Shown: positions 30,401-45,880, counted from the first letter of the stretch. The stretch: 64,000 nucleotides of DNA from the human T2T-CHM13v2.0 reference genome, Homo sapiens (GCA_009914755.4 CP086569.2:20768001-20832000); one strand, 5' to 3'. A program made the numbers and translations. Notes: a model not told the origin generated them from the sequence alone.

Positions 30401-31791
30401 CTTGACATTGAATTCAGTGCTGCCTTGTCACAGCAGAAAGTAAGAGTAAGAGTGGCTGTGCTGCATTTGGAATAATTTATATTGACTGGGCTATTCCTAT
30501 TGTATTAGGCTCAGCTGGTACCAACACACAGAGGAGAACATGCATCCACCCTAGCTAGACAGGGGTCACACACCACAGTGGTCAGAAATTGAGTTTTCTC
30601 TGCAGTCCTGATCACTGTGGGCTTAACTGCTCTGGAGTTATTGGTAAACTTGAAAGGCAGTTTTGGATACAAGGGCCACAATTTCTATCCAATTTCTAAT
30701 GCTGGGCCAGGCTTACAGGCTATTTCTAAGTGGCACATGACTTAGGGAGACATCAGCTGCAGCATCTGAGTGACTGTATGTATCAATCCTCCCCCACACA
30801 AAGGCAGCACAGTCTAAAGAAATAAGTGACTCCTTTCTTTAGCTTGAGAAGAGCAAAGAATAAAGAACACATTGTGGGGAATCGGGCCAAGATTACCAAC
30901 TAGAAGCAGTGATGATCAGAAGCTCCTATAAAAAAAACCACAATTAGCATGTGAATTCTGCACTAGCACCCAACGTATCCAGGTTCCCTAGGACTAAGCA
31001 GCTGGTGTGATCCACAGAGAGGAAGGAAGAGTAATGTAGTATGGGGGCAGAAGAGCCGTCATCCTCTAGCCAAGGGAGGTGGTGTGTGAGTGTGCTATCC
31101 ACCTGGGGAACACTGTGCTTTTTCCACAGATCTGTACAACCCATGGATGGGAATATTCCAGTCATGAACCCATGACACTGGAGCCTAGGGTCCCTATCCT
31201 GCACCCTCACAGATTCCCAACAGCCTCTCTGCTAGAATCTACTTAAGTCTGCCAAGTTTGTGGGGGGAGGTGCCACCAGCACGACAGCTGTGGTTGCCTG
31301 CAGTCTAAGCTGTTTAAATTCTTTGAGGTGGGGCATCAGCCAGTACTGGGACTCATAACTGCCTAACATACTAAGCTTCCTGTGCAGGGGAAAGGGTGCA
31401 TCTCTCTCTATAGCTCCAGGCCATGCTTTTCCCCTGCTGGAGCCAGGGAGGCTGAATGGTTTGGTTCTAAGAGGTGTCCCCCACAGCCCAAAACACTGAT
31501 TCTATGGCTGACTGTGTCCAGAGAAACTTTTTAGGCCTGATCCTCACCCATCCTTTCTCATTGGGTAGGGCCTCCCTGCAGGAACCCCAACAATTCCAGC
31601 CAGGGCTCAGAGAAAGAACTCTGATCTCTCTGGGCCTGAGACCAAAGTGGGAGGGGTGGGCACAGTGTCTACAAATCAGCAGACTTAATTTTTCCTCTTG
31701 GTATTTCTAAGGAATCTTGTCAGCCCAGATGAGTACTTTCCCCCAAGCGAAGCACACCCCCTCCACAAAGAGAATCAAAGTGTTTTGTTAA

Positions 31792-32229
<438 letters not shown>

Positions 32230-32459
32230 CTCTCACCTTCTTGAGTGACATCTTCATGTGCAAGATTGAATCAAATGAATGGGGCCTGAAGCAAAACCCC
32301 AGGAAATCACAGAAGCCCTACAGAAGAGGGACCTGGCCATTTAAAGAAAAACAGACAAAGCAACAACAACATCAATGACAACAAAAGTCTCCACAAAAAC
32401 CCCATTCAAAAGTCAGCAGCCTCGAAAATTAAAAGTAGACCAAGTCGTGAAAATGAGAG

Positions 32460-33470
32460 TCAATGAAAAAATCCTGAAAGCCTAAAAGCCAGAGTTCATC
32501 TTCTCCTCCAAATGATTGCAACACCTTTCCAGTAAGGATGCAGAACTGGACAGAGGATAAGATGGACCAATTGACAGAAGCAGCTTTCAGAAGATGGGTA
32601 CTAAAAACTCTGCTGAGGTAAAGAAGCCTGTCCTAACCCAATGCAAAGCAGTTAAGAACCTTGATAAGAGGTTGGAAGAGCTGCTAACTGGGATAATCAG
32701 TTTAGAGAGGAACGTAAATAACCTGATGAATCTAAAAAATGCAGTATGAGAACCTCGTGAATCATACTCAAGTATCAATAGCTGAATCAACCAAGCAAAA
32801 TAAAAGGTATCAGAATTTGAAGACCATCTTTCTGAAATAAGAAACACAGACAAGATTAGAGAAAAAAGAATGAAAAGGGATGAAGAAAGCCTCAAAGATG
32901 GACTACTTAAAAAGACTGAACCTATGATTGACTGGAGTATCTGAATGAGAAGGGGAGAATGGAAACCAGCTGGAAAACACACTTCGGAATATTATCCAGG
33001 AGAACTTCCCCAAACTAAAAAGACAGGCCAACATGCAAATTCAGGAGATATAGAAAACACCACTAAGATACTCCACAGTAATATCAACCCCAAGACACCT
33101 ATTTATCAGATTCTCCAAGGTTGAAATAAAGGAAAAATATTAAGGGAAGATAGATAGAAAAGGCCATGTTACCTAGAAAGGGAAATCCATCAGACTAAAC
33201 GCAGACTTCTCAGCAGAAATTCTACAAGCCAAAGAAGTTGGAAGCCAATATTAAACGTTCTTAAAAAAAATTCAACCATAATTTTCATATCCAGCTAAAC
33301 TAAAATTCATAAACAAAGGAGAAATAAAATTCTTTCCAGACAAGCAAATGCCCTGAGATTTCATCACCACCAGGCCTGCCTTGCAAGAGCTGCTAAAGGA
33401 AACACTAAATATGGAAAGAAAAAGTGGTGTCAGGCACTGCAAAAACACACACAGGACATAAAGACCAATA
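32460..33470 (+). pseudogene. L1 ORF1 pseudogene (multiple stops and frameshifts)
   Basis: Recognisable ORF1 coiled-coil, RRM and CTD peptides interrupted by stop codons. Confidence 0.7.
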
Positions 33471-33529
33471 ACATTATAAAAAACTGCACCAACTAATGTG
33501 CAAAATAACAAGAGAGCATCACGATGGCA

Positions 33530-36500
33530 GTATCAAATTCACACATAACAATATTAACCTTAAATGTAAGTGGGCTATATGCCAAAATTGAAAGACACAG
33601 ACTGGAATATTGGATAAAGAGTCAAGACCCATCAGGGTGCTGCTTCTAGGAGACACATCTCACGTACAAAGACACACATACTCTTAACACAAAGCGGTGG
33701 AGGAAAATTTGCGAGCCAATTGGAATCCAAAAAATGGAGGGGTTGCAATCCCAGTCTTTGTTGGTCTTTAAACCAACAAAGATCAAAAAAGACAAAAAAG
33801 GGCATAAAAATATGGTAAAGGGGTCAGTTCAACAGGAAGAATTAACTATCTTAAATATATATTCACCTAATACAAGAGCGCCCAGATTCATAAAACAAGT
33901 TTTGAGAGACCAACAAAGAAACTTAGATTCCACACAATAATAATGGGAGACTTTGCCACCCCACTGTGAATATTAGGCAGATCAAGGAGGCAGAAAATTA
34001 AAAATAATCAGGATTGAACTCAGCTCTGGCTCAAGTGGACCTAATTGACATCTACAGAACTCTCCACATCACATCTACAAAATATACATTCTACTCAGTG
34101 CCACAAAACACTTATCCTAAAATTGACCACATAATTGGAAATAAAACACTCCTCAGCAAATACAAAATAACTGAAATAATAACAAACCATCTCTCATACC
34201 ACAGTGGAATCAAATTAGAACTCAGGATTAAGAAACTCACTCAAAATCACACAATTAGATGAAAATTAAACAACCTCCTCCTGAGTGACTTGTGGGTGAA
34301 TAATAAAATTACAAAATTAAAGCAGAAATCAAGATGTTCTTCAAAACCAATATGAACAAAGAAACAGCATACCAGAATCTTTGGAACACAGCTAAAACAG
34401 TGGTAAGAGAGAAATTTATAGCACTAACTCCCACATCAGAAAGCTAGGAAGATCTCAAATTGACACCCTAACATCACAATTAAAAGAGCGAGAGAGGCAA
34501 GAGTAAATGAATCCAAAAACTAGTAGAAGACAAGAAATAACACAATAAAAAAATGATCAGGGGGATATTATCACTTACCTCAGAGAAATACAACCATTTT
34601 TTACTTCATTTTCATCACAGAATACTAAAACCACCTTTACACAAATAAACTAGGGAATCTAGTAGAAATGGATAATTTCTAGTAGAAATGGATAAATTCC
34701 TGAACACATACACCCTCCCAAGTCTAAACCAGGAGGAAGTAGAAGCCCTCCATATACCAATAACAAGTTATGAAATTGAGTCAGGATTTAATAGATTACC
34801 AAAAAAAAACAACCCCAGGACCAAATGTGTTCACAGCTGGATTGTACCAGAGGTACAAAGAGGAGTTGGTACCATTATTTTCTGAAACCATTTCAAACAA
34901 TTGAATATGAGAGACTCCTCCATTACTCATTTTATGAAGCCAGCATTATCCTGATATCAAAACCTGGCAGAGACACGACAAAAAAAAAAAGAAAATTTCG
35001 GGCCAAAACATCTTATGAACATCGATCCTCAACTAAATATCCTCAACTAAATATTGACAAACAGAATCCAGCAGCATATCCAAAAACTTATCCACCATGA
35101 CCACACTAGCTTTATCCTAGGATGCATGGCTGGTTCCACATACAGAAATCAATAAATACAATCCATCATATAAACAGAAACAAAGACAAAAATCATATGA
35201 TTTTCTCAATAGATGCAGAAAAATTCTTTGATAAAATTAAATATCCCTTCATGTGAAAAAACCTCAATAAACTAGGCAGTGATGAAACATATCTCAAATA
35301 ATAAGAGCTAGTTATGACAATCTCATAACTAGCCAATATCATAATGAATGGGCAAAAGCTGAAAGTATTTCCTTTGCAAACTGGTAAAACACAACGATGC
35401 CCTCTCTCACCACTCCTATTTAATATAGTATTGGAAGTTCTGGCCAGGGCGATCAGGTAAAAGAGAGAGAGAGAAAAAAGATGTATTGAAATAGGAAGAG
35501 AGGAAGTCAAATTTTCTGTTTGCAGATGACATAATTATATATTTAGAAAACCCCATCGTTTCAACCTCAAAACTCCTAGGTGATAAGCAACTTCAGCAAA
35601 GTCTCAGGATACAGAATCAATGTGCCAAAATTGTAAGCATTCCTTTACACTGAGAAGAGACAACCAGAGAGCCAAATAGTAAATGAACAATTGTTACAAA
35701 GAGAATAAAATACCTAGGAATGCAGCTAACAAGGGATGTGAAGAGCCTCTTCAACTACAAACCACTGCTCAGGGAAATAAGAGATGACAAAAACAAATGG
35801 AAAAACATTTCATCCTCATGGATAGGTAGAATTAATATTGTGAAAATAGCCATATTGCTCAAAGTAATTTATATATTCAATGCTATTCCCATCAAGTTAC
35901 TATTTATATTCTTCACAGAATTATTTAAAAAACTTTACATTTTATATGAAAACAAAGAAGACCCTGTATAGACTATCATCCTAAGCAAAAAATAAGAAAG
36001 TTGGAGGCATATCATTACCTGACTTCAAACTATACTACAAGACTACAGTAACACAAACACCATAGTACTGGTACAAAAACAGACATATAGACCAAGGAAC
36101 AAAACAGAGACCTCAGAAATAACACCACATGTTTACATCCATCTCATATTTGACAAACCTGACAAAAACAGGTAATAGGTAAAGGATTCCGTATTCAATA
36201 AATGATGCTGGGAGAAATGGCTAGCCACATGCAGCAAACTGAAACTGGAACCCTTCCTTACACCTTACACAAAAATTAAGTCAAGATGAATTAAAAATTT
36301 AAATGTAAGACATAGGAACGGGCAAAGACTTAATTACAAAAATGCCAAAAACAATTGCAACAAAAGCCAAAAGTGACAAATGGGATCTAATTAACTAAAG
36401 AGCTTCTGTTTACTCTATCACTAGAGTAAACAGGCAACCTATGGAATGAGAGAAATTATTTGCAATGTATTTAGCTGACAAACAAACAACATCCAGAATC

Positions 36501-37300
36501 TACAAGGAACTTGAATAAATTTACAAAAAAAGATAACCCCATCAAAATGTGAGCAGTAGATATGAAGAGACACTTCTGAAAAGAAGACATTTACACAGCC
36601 AAAAAACATATGAAAAAAAGCTCAACATTTCTAATTATTAGGGAAATGTAAATCAAAACATGAGATACCATCTCATGTCAGTCAGAATGGTGATCACCAA
36701 AGAGTCAAGAAATAATAGATGCTGGTGAGGCCATGGAAAAATAGGAATACCTTCACATGGTTGGTGGGAATGTAAATTAGTTCAAGCATTGTGGAAGACA
36801 GTTGGGTAATTCCTCAAGGATCTAGAACCAGAAATATGACCTATCAATCTCATTACTGAATATATACCCAAAGGAATATAAATTATTCCACTATAAAGAC
36901 ACATGCACATGTATGTTTACTGCATCATTAGTCACAACAGCAAAGTCATGGAACCAAACCAAATGTCCATCAATGACAAAGTAGATAAAGAAAATGTGGT
37001 ACATATACACCATGGAATACTATGCAGCCATAAAAAGGAATTAGATCATGTCTTTTGCAGGACCAGAAAATCAAACCCCAGATGTTTTCACTTATAAGTA
37101 GGAGTTGAACAATGAAAATGCATGGACACATGGAGGGGAATAACACACACCAGGGCCACCTGGGGTGTGGTGGGTGAGGAGAGAAAATTAGAGGGTAGGT
37201 CAATAAGTTCAGCAAACCATCATGGCACACATATACCTATGTAAGAAACCTTCACATTCTGCACATGTATCCAGGAACTTAATAAAAACAAACTAATAAC
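33530..37300 (+). pseudogene. L1 ORF2 pseudogene (EN, RT and Cys domains, disrupted)
   Basis: ORF track fragments 33734-33940, 34014-34262, 34688-35100 and 35720-35971 carry ORF2 motifs (GDFATPL..., HHTSTKYTFYSVPQ..., [14 protein letters not shown]...). Confidence 0.75.
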
Positions 37301-37325
37301 AACAAAAAATAACAATAAAAAAACA

Positions 37326-40300
37326 CATTGTCTCATATTTTGGATACCAGATCAGTGACAACAGAATAGGGCACTGGGAAGAGTTGTGAGGCAGATTTTC
37401 CAGGCCATAGCTTCCAGATGACATTTTTCAATACATTCTAGAACAGGAGAAAACCAGTTACCTTGAAGGGAAACACCCACTCTTGGCAGAATTTATCACC
37501 TGCTGACTAAAGAGTTCTTGGGCCCTGACAGCAATATCCCAGTAGTGTGTCAGGGGCTTAGGAGAGACTCTAAAACTTACTGGCATCAGGTGAGACTCAG
37601 CACATTTTCAACTGTGGTAGATATGGCAAAAGACTCCTTCTCCTTGAAGAAAGCAGAAGGAACAATAAAGGGGGTTTTGTTTTGAACCTTAGATACTAGC
37701 TTAACCACAGCAGTTTGTGGCATGAGTGTCCTCATGACATAACCCGGGCTCTTGAACAGTGTTTGGAGACCATTCCTGGTTCAGAGAGGAGCCCACTTCC
37801 TTGAAGGGTGAGTCCCAGGCTTGGCAGCATTCATCACAGCTGAGTAAAAAGATCTTGAGCTTTAAGTGACTATTGGTTAGTGGCCTGGAAGAACATTTAT
37901 AGGCTGTGGTCTTGGTGTTCACAGGAAGACACTGCTCTGCCTGTATAAAAGGGATAAAGGAATGGGAAAAGGTTTGCCTTGTGGTTTTAGTGTCAGCTGA
38001 GTTACAATAGAGTAAAATATCATATAGATTTAAGATTTTTACTCTAATTGCTTCCAGAAAACTTCTCTGAAGCCACTTAGGGCCTTGGGGAATTTACTAC
38101 CCTAAAGGGAAAAACTTACATACCTAGCTGGATTAGCCGTATGCTGATTGTGGAGTACTAGTGCCTTAAGTGACCCTAAATGTTAGCCAGGTAATGGTTA
38201 GAGTGGGCCTTTGGTAAAAACCACTGCTGTGCTGGCTTCAAAGCTGACACATTGCAATCAAAATAGTGGATGACCACAGCTGCAGTTGTGTTAACCCCAG
38301 CTGCTGGCAGCTTAGCACTAAGAAAAACTCAGTTTGTTTGAGAAAAAGTAAAAAAGATAACAAGAGTCTCTGCCTCATAATCTAGAGAACTCTTTCATAT
38401 CTTATCTAAAACTACCAAGGTGTTACTTTCATGAGTCTACAAGATCCACAGCATTCTTGGGCTTGGGGTTCAAGTCCTTGAATACTTGGAAAGCCTTCCT
38501 AAGAAAGACAAACACAAACAAGCCCATATTGCAGAGACTACAGGAAATAGTTAGCTATTAAGACACTAAACATCCCTATGCATCAAGACCATCTAGGAAA
38601 CATGATCTCATGAATAAACTAAATAAAGTTCCAGGAACCAATCCTGGAAAAACAGAGATTTGAGACCTTTCAGACAGAGAATTCAAAATATCTCTTCTAA
38701 GCAATTGCAAATAAACCCAGGATAACAAGGAGAAGGATTACAGAATTCTATTAGATAAATTTAAATAAGAGAATAAAGTGATAAAAAGAAAAGCAGAAAT
38801 TCTAGAGTTGATAAATGCAATTAATATGCTGAAGAATGCATCAGAGTCTACTAACAATAGAATTGATACAACAGAAAAGAGAATTAGTAAACTTGAAGAT
38901 AGGCTATTTGAGAATACACAGTCACATAAGACAAAAAGAAGAAAAAAACAAGGAAGCATGCCTACAGGATCTAGAAAATGGCCTCAAAAGACAAATCTAA
39001 AGTTATTGGTCTTAAACAGGAAGTAGACAAAGAAATATGCATAGAAAATTTATTCAAAGGAAAAATAGGGAGCTTTCCAAACCCAGAGCAAGATATTAGT
39101 ATCTAAGTAAAAGCAGGTAATGGAACACGAAGCAGATTTAACTCCAAAAAGACAACATCATGGAATTTAGTAATCAAACTTCCAAAGGACTAAAATTACA
39201 AGAAAAATTCTAAAGACAGCAAGAAAAAAGAAAGAAATTGCACAAGATGAAACTCCATATATCTGTTGGCAGTCTTTTCACTGGAAATCTTGCAGACCAG
39301 GAAAAAGAGAAATGACATAGTCATAGTGCAGAAAAAAAATTAACTTCTTACTCTACAAATAGCGTATCCAGTGAAAATGTCTTCTGAGCAGGGAGAAACA
39401 GACTTTTCCAAACAAACAGAAGCTGAGGAATAACATCAAAACAACATGTATCTTAAAAGAAACATTACAGTGAGACGATTAACCTGGAAAAGGGAATATT
39501 ATTGAACAATAGGACATCACAAAAGTGAAGAAAATTTACCTGTAATAATAAGTACACAGGAAAAACACAATAGATTATCATATAACTGGGCAAATTTAAT
39601 GTGTAAACCTCTATTTAAAAGTGAAGAAAAATATTAAGATGTACAGTTTACCAGTTTTTTCTGGGGGGCTTTTTTTAAAATAAAATCAGTGTTAACTTGT
39701 CATCATTTTCATGTAAAAAATATAGTACTTGTAAGCCTGTTGGTAACTTCAAATTGAAAAACATAGAGTGAGTAACAAGAAAAATAAAATGCAGGAAACT
39801 AAATCATTATCATCAGTCTTACTTAAGAGAAGACAGAAATGAAGACAAGAAGAGAAGACCATAAATCAACCAGAAAACAAATAAGAAAATGTCAAGAATA
39901 AGTTATTACTTATTAACAAAAACAGTGAATATTAATGGATTAACTCGTCAATCAAAAAAAAAAAAAGAGAGAGAGAGTGACTGCATAGATCTAAAGAAGA
40001 AGACCCAATGATCTGTTGCCTGCAAGAAACACACACATAGTATTGGAAGTTCTGGCCAGGACAATCACACAAGAGAAAAAAATAAGAGGTATTCAAGTAG
40101 GAAGACAGAAAGACAAATTGATTTTATTTTCAGATGACATAATCCAATATCTAGAAAATCCCACTATCACAGTTCCAAAGCTTCTAAAGCTGACAAGCAA
40201 CTTCAGCAATGTATCAGAATAAAATATCAATGTGCAAAAATTGCGAGCATTCCAACACACCAACAGGCAAGTAGACAACCAAATTATGAATGAATTTCCA

Positions 40301-42075
40301 TTTACAGTTGCTGCAAAAGAGATAAAATGTCTACAAATATAGCTAAACCAGGAAGCAAAGGAACTCTTAAAGATAATTACAAATCTCTGCTCAAGGAAAT
40401 CAGAGAAAACACAAACCAATGGAAAAATATTCCATGTTCATGAATAAAAAGAAACAATGTCACGAAAATGGCCATACTGTCCAAAGTAATGTGTATAACA
40501 AATGTCATTCCCATTAAATTACCATTGATATTTTTACAGCATTAAAATAAAAACTATATTAAAATTCATATGAAACAAAAAAAAGCTCATATTGCCAAGA
40601 CTATCCTAAACAAAAAGAACAAAGCTGGAGGCATTACGCTTACCAACTTCAAACTATACTACAATGCTACAGTAACCAAAACAGCCTGGTACTACTACAA
40701 AAACAGACACATAAATCAATAGAACCAGAATAGAGAACTCAGAAATAAGACCATACATCTACAACAATTTGATCTTCAACAAACCTAATAAAAACATCAT
40801 TCAATGGGGAAAAATTTTCTCTTCAGTAAATGTTGATGAGAAAACTCACTAGCCATATGCAGAAAAATGAAACTGGACCCCTGTCTTATACATTATACAA
40901 AAATTAATAGAAGATGCATTAAAGATGCATATGTAAAATCCCAAAATATAAAAACTCTAGAAAAAAATCTAGGCAATATTATTGAGGACATAAGCATAGG
41001 TAATTATTTCACAACAAAAATATCAGAAGCAATTGCAACAATAGAAATAATTGACAAAGGAGATCTAATTGAACTAAATTTTTTTTTACAATAAAAGAAA
41101 CTATCATCAGAAAAAATGAGAAAGAGTAAGTTTTTACAATTTATTAATCTGACTGAGGTCTAATGTCCAGACTCTGGAAGAAACTTAAGAAATTTACAAG
41201 GAAGAAAATAAACATTCCTGTTAAAAAGTGGGCAAAGGAAATAAGCATACACTTCTCAAAAGAAAATATTTATGTAGCCACCAAACATATTTAAAAAACT
41301 CAACATCACTGAATATTAGAGAAATGCAAATCAAAACCACAGTAAGATACAATTTCACACCAGTCAGAATGGCAATTATTAAAAAGTCTGGAAGCAACAG
41401 ATGCTGGAGAAGCTGTGGATAAACTGGAATGTTTTTAAAGTGACAGTGGGAAAGAAAATTAGTTTAACCATTGTGGAAGATAATGTGGAAATTCCTCAAA
41501 GATCTAGAACCAGAAATACCATTTGATTCAGCAATCCCATTAGTGGGTACATACCTAAAGGAGTTTAAATCATCCTATTATAAAGATACATATATGTGTA
41601 TGTTTGTTGTGGCACTATTTACAATAGCAAAGACTTGGAACGAATTTAGATGCTCATCAAAGATAGACTGGATAAAGAAAATGTGGCAAACAAATGCCAT
41701 GGAATACTAGGCATCCATAAAAAAGAATGAGTTCATGTCCCTTGCAGGGACATGGATGAAGCTGGAAACCATCAGTCTCAGCAAACTAACACAGGAAGAG
41801 AAAACCAAACACTTCATGTTCTCACTCATAAGTGGGAGTTGAACAGTGAGAATATATGGGCACAGGGAGGGGAGCATCATACACCAGGTCCTGTCAGGTG
41901 TTTGGGGGACAAGGGGAGGGATACTATTAGGAGAAATACCTAAAGTAGATGATGGGTTGATGCGTGCAGGTAACCACCATGGCAAATGTATACCTATGTA
42001 ACAAAACTTAATGTTCTGCACATGTATGTCAGAACTTAAAGTGAAATTTAAATAAAAAGAAAGAAAGAAAGATAG
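37326..42075 (+). mobile_element. L1 (older PB/MA-like) with long 5'UTR, ORF1 (about 38700-39650), an ORF2 carrying an internal deletion of about 1.9 kb, and a 3'UTR ending in a (GAAA/GATA)n tail
   Basis: ORF1 peptides KAEILELINAINMLKNASESTNNRIDTTEKRISKLEDRLFENTQ.... The ORF2 start (NINGLNSSIKK...) at about 39910 jumps directly, at about 40020, to the [42 protein letters not shown] segment. C-terminal and 3'UTR motifs follow (ggcaaatgtatacctatgtaacaaaacttaatgttctgcacatgtatgtcagaacttaaagtgaaatttaaataaaaag). Confidence 0.75.
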
Positions 42076-42079
42076 ATAG

Positions 42080-42560
42080 ATCAGTATATCAAAGAGATAT
42101 TTGCATTTTTATGTTTGTTACAACACTGTTCACAAGAGCTATGATTTGAAAGCCACCTAAAGTGTCCATCAACAGATGAATGGATAAGGAAAATGTGGCA
42201 CATATACACAATGGAATACAGTGTAGCCATAGGAAAAATATTCTGTCATTTGGAACAACACAGAAAGAGCTAGAGGTCATTATGTTAAGTGAAAAGAGCC
42301 AGGTACAGAGGACATACTGCATGTTCTCACTTTTTTTGTGGAAGCTAAAAATTAAAACAATTTAATAATTTATGGCAGTAAAGTAGAAGCATGGGTACTT
42401 GAGGCTGGTGAAGATGGTGGGATATTTGGGGGGTTAGTAAGTGGGAACAAAATGTAGTTAGAGAAAATCAATTAGATCTAGTATATGATGGCACATCAGG
42501 ATGACTATAATCTGTAATGAAATAACTGTAACTTTTAAAAAAACTAAAAGTAAATTGTTT
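42080..42560 (+). mobile_element. L1 3'-end fragment (ORF2 C-terminus and 3'UTR)
   Basis: ...WIRKMWHIYTMEYSVAIGKNILSFGTTQKELEVIMLSEKSQVQRTYCMFSL-like peptides, then 3'UTR. Confidence 0.65.
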
Positions 42561-45050
42561 TTTTTTTTTGGAATACAAAGGATAAATGCCTGAAGAGACT
42601 GATACCTCATTTACTTTGATTTCATTATTATATATTTTATGTCTGTATTAATGCAGCTCATGTAATCTATAGATGCACCTCCTGTTGACTCACAATTATA
42701 AATAAAAAATTAAAAATATATAGTACTAATTTTTCTGTATTCATTTTGTATCCTGCACCCTTTCTAAAATTTTTCATGCATTCTAGTTTTTTTTGCAGTT
42801 TATTATATTTTTGTAAATATAAAATGTTATCTGCAGATAAGCATAATTTGACTATTTGATTTTGACTTTAGGTACTCTTTATTTCTCTTGTTTACCTATG
42901 CTGCCTAAGACTTCCAATATTATGTTGAATAAAAGCGGTAAAAATTGTTATTCTTGTCTCATTTCATAACTTAGGCAAATGATTTTTATGTTTTTCTTTT
43001 TTCAATATGATGATAGCTATGAATTAGTCTAATACAGCCTTTAATAAAGTTTTTTGAGATATTTTCTGTTTATTTCTAGTTTGTTGAGAGTTTTTACTGT
43101 TAAGAATTGTTGAATTTTATGGAATACTTTACTGGCATCTATTGAATTCATTATATGCTTATTGTCTTTTGTTCTGTTAATCTGATACATTACAATTATT
43201 TATTTCTGTATGTTGAACCATCTAGGCATTTTGTGAATAAAAACTTCTTGGCTATACTACTTTCATTGTGTTGTTGAATTCAGTTTTTTGTTACCTGTTA
43301 AAAAATTTGGGGAGGATATTTGCATTTATGTTTGTCAAAGGTATTGATCTACATTTTTGTTTTGTTTTAGAGTTTGTTGTATGTTACCTGCCTTATCTAT
43401 CACCATTAATGATGGCCTTGTAGAAAGAGCTTGGAAGTATTCTTTTTTCCTTAAATTTTTAGAATAGTCTGAATATCATTCATATTAGTTACTCACTCAA
43501 TATTTGGTATTAATAAAATTTATCTGTAAAGACATCTCATTCTGGAATTTTCTTTTATGAGACATTTTATTAATGTTTCTATTTTATTATTAGTTATGAG
43601 TCTATTCGAATTTTCTATTTTTTTAACTTTTATTTTGGGTTTGGATGTACATGTGCAGATTTGTTATATAGAAAAACTCATGTCATACAGGTTTGTTGCA
43701 CTGATTATTTGGTCACCAAAGTACTAAGCCTCGTACCCAAAAGTTATTTTTTTCTTGTCCTCTCTGTCTTCTCAACTTCCACCCTCAAGAAGGTACCAGT
43801 GTTTGTTGTTCCCTTCTTTGTTTTCATGATTTCTGATTATTCAGCTTCCACTTGTAAGTCAGAACATTTGGTATTCAATTTTATGAATACCACATGTATT
43901 TGTTTGCTCTCCATTTGTTTGCTAAGAATAATGGAATCCAGCACCATCTATGGTTTCACAAAAATCCTGATCTTATTCTTATAATAACTGCATAGTATTT
44001 CATGGTGGATACATATCATGTTTTCTTTATGCATTCTGTCATTGATGGGCATTTATGTTGATTCCATGTATTTGCTATTGTGAATAATGCTGCAATGAAC
44101 ACTTGTGTGCATGTGTCTTTATGGCATGACAGTTTGGATTCATCTGTTCATATACCCAGTAATGAGATTGCTGAGTTGAGTAATAGCTCCACTTTTAGCT
44201 CTTTGAGAAATCTTTCCACTAGTTTACACTCTCACTAATAGTCTGTAGGTGTTCCCTTTTCTCTGCAAACTTGCCAGTGGTCTGTTATTTTTGAACTTTT
44301 TAATAACAGCCACTCGGGCTGGTCTAAGATAGTATTTCAATGTGGTTTTAATTTACGTCTCTAATGATCAGTGATATTGAGCTTTTAAAAATATGCTTAT
44401 GGGCTGCAGGTATATTTTCCTCTCCCTTCTCCTTTGCTCCCCACACTTCCTCTCCACTTCTTTTCTTTCATGTATTTTTTTCTTAAACATGTTCTCACTG
44501 TCTCACCTTTGTTGCAGGACAGTGATATGATATTGGCTTACTGCAACCTCTACCTTCTAGGCTCAAGCAGTTTTCCTATGTCAGCCTCCCTAGTAGTTGG
44601 GGCTTACAGGCATGCATCACCACATGTAGTTAATTTTCCCCCCATAGAGATGGAATTTCACGCTTGTTTTTCATGATGGTCTCAAACTCCTGGGCTCATT
44701 CAATCAACCCACTTCCACGTCCCCATGCCGGGATTACAAGCATGAGCCACTTCACCAAGCCAGGTATGTTTTCTTTAGAAAAGTATCTGTTCATGTTCTT
44801 TGACTACTATTTAATAGATTTGTTTGTCTTTTTCTTGTAAATGTGTTTAAATTCCTTGTTGATTATAGATACTAGACCTTTGTCAGATGCATAATTTGCA
44901 AAAATTTTGTCTCTTTTTTAGGTTGTGTGTTTACTTATTTGACAGTTTCTTTTTTGGTATGCAGAAGCTCTTTAGTTGAATCTTATTGTCAATTTTTGCT
45001 TCCATTGCAATTGCTTTTGACAATATGATTGTATATCTAAAACTTCATAA
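42561..45050 (-). mobile_element. L1 3' region on the - strand (poly-T at 42561, ORF2 C-terminal region reverse-complemented), interrupted by an old Alu at 44478-44765
   Basis: The classic reverse-complement L1 ORF2 C-terminal sequence is present (ctttatgcattctgtcattgatgggcatttatgttgattccatgtatttgctattgtgaataatgctgcaatgaacac..., gtacatgtgcagatttgttatatag...). Confidence 0.8.
44478..44765 (-). mobile_element. Alu SINE, older (J/FLAM-like, diverged)
   Basis: Reverse-complement Alu motifs, diverged (ctcactgtctcacctttgttgcaggacagtgatatgatattggcttactgcaacctctaccttctaggctcaagcagttttcctatgtcagcctccctagtagttggggcttacaggcatgcatcaccac ... gccgggattacaagcatgagccacttcaccaagccagg). Confidence 0.8.
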
Positions 45051-45059
45051 TCTTAGTCT

Positions 45060-45880
45060 AGAAGCTTTTGCATGTGATAAACAACTTCAGTAAATTTTCA
45101 GGATACAAAATCAATCACAAAAATTATGAGCTTAACTATACATTAACAGCAGCCAAGCTGACAGCCAAATTAGAAATACAATCCCATTCACACTTTCCAC
45201 AAAGGGAATAAAATACCAAGGAATACAGCTAACCCAGGAAGTAAAATATCTTTACACTGAGACTTACAAAACATTGTTCTATGAAATCAGAGATAAAACC
45301 AACAAATGGTAAAGGATTTCATGCTCAGGGATAGAATTAATATTATTAAAATGCCCATTCTGCCCAAAGCAATTTATATATCCAATCCTATTTCTACCAA
45401 ACTACCAAATGACATTCTTCATAGAACTTAAAAAAATAACTAATTTAAAATTTATACACAACCAAAAGTACATTTTCATAGCCAAGGAAATCCTAAGCAA
45501 AAGCAAAAAGGCTGGAGGGATCATGCTACTCAACTTCATACAGTTACCAAGATAGCATGGTACTGGTACGAAACCAGACACACCAACCTAAGGAACAAAA
45601 TAGAGACCACAGAAGTAAGCCCAGACAACTACAACAATCTGATTATTGACAGAGCTGACAAAAAAAAAAAAAATGAAGAAAGGACTCCTTATTCAACAAA
45701 AGGTGCTGAAATAACTGGCTAGCCAATAAAAATGATTGAAACTAGACTCCTTCTTTATATCACATACAAAAATCAGCTAGACAGATTAAAGACTTATATA
45801 AAACCCCAAACTATAAAACTCAGCAACACAATCTAGACAATGCCATCCTAAACATAAGAAGGGGGAAAAATATGACAAAG
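45060..45880 (+). mobile_element. L1 ORF2 fragment (RT thumb and downstream)
   Basis: FHKGNKIPRNTANPGSKISLH...[36 protein letters not shown] ORF2 peptides. Confidence 0.6.
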
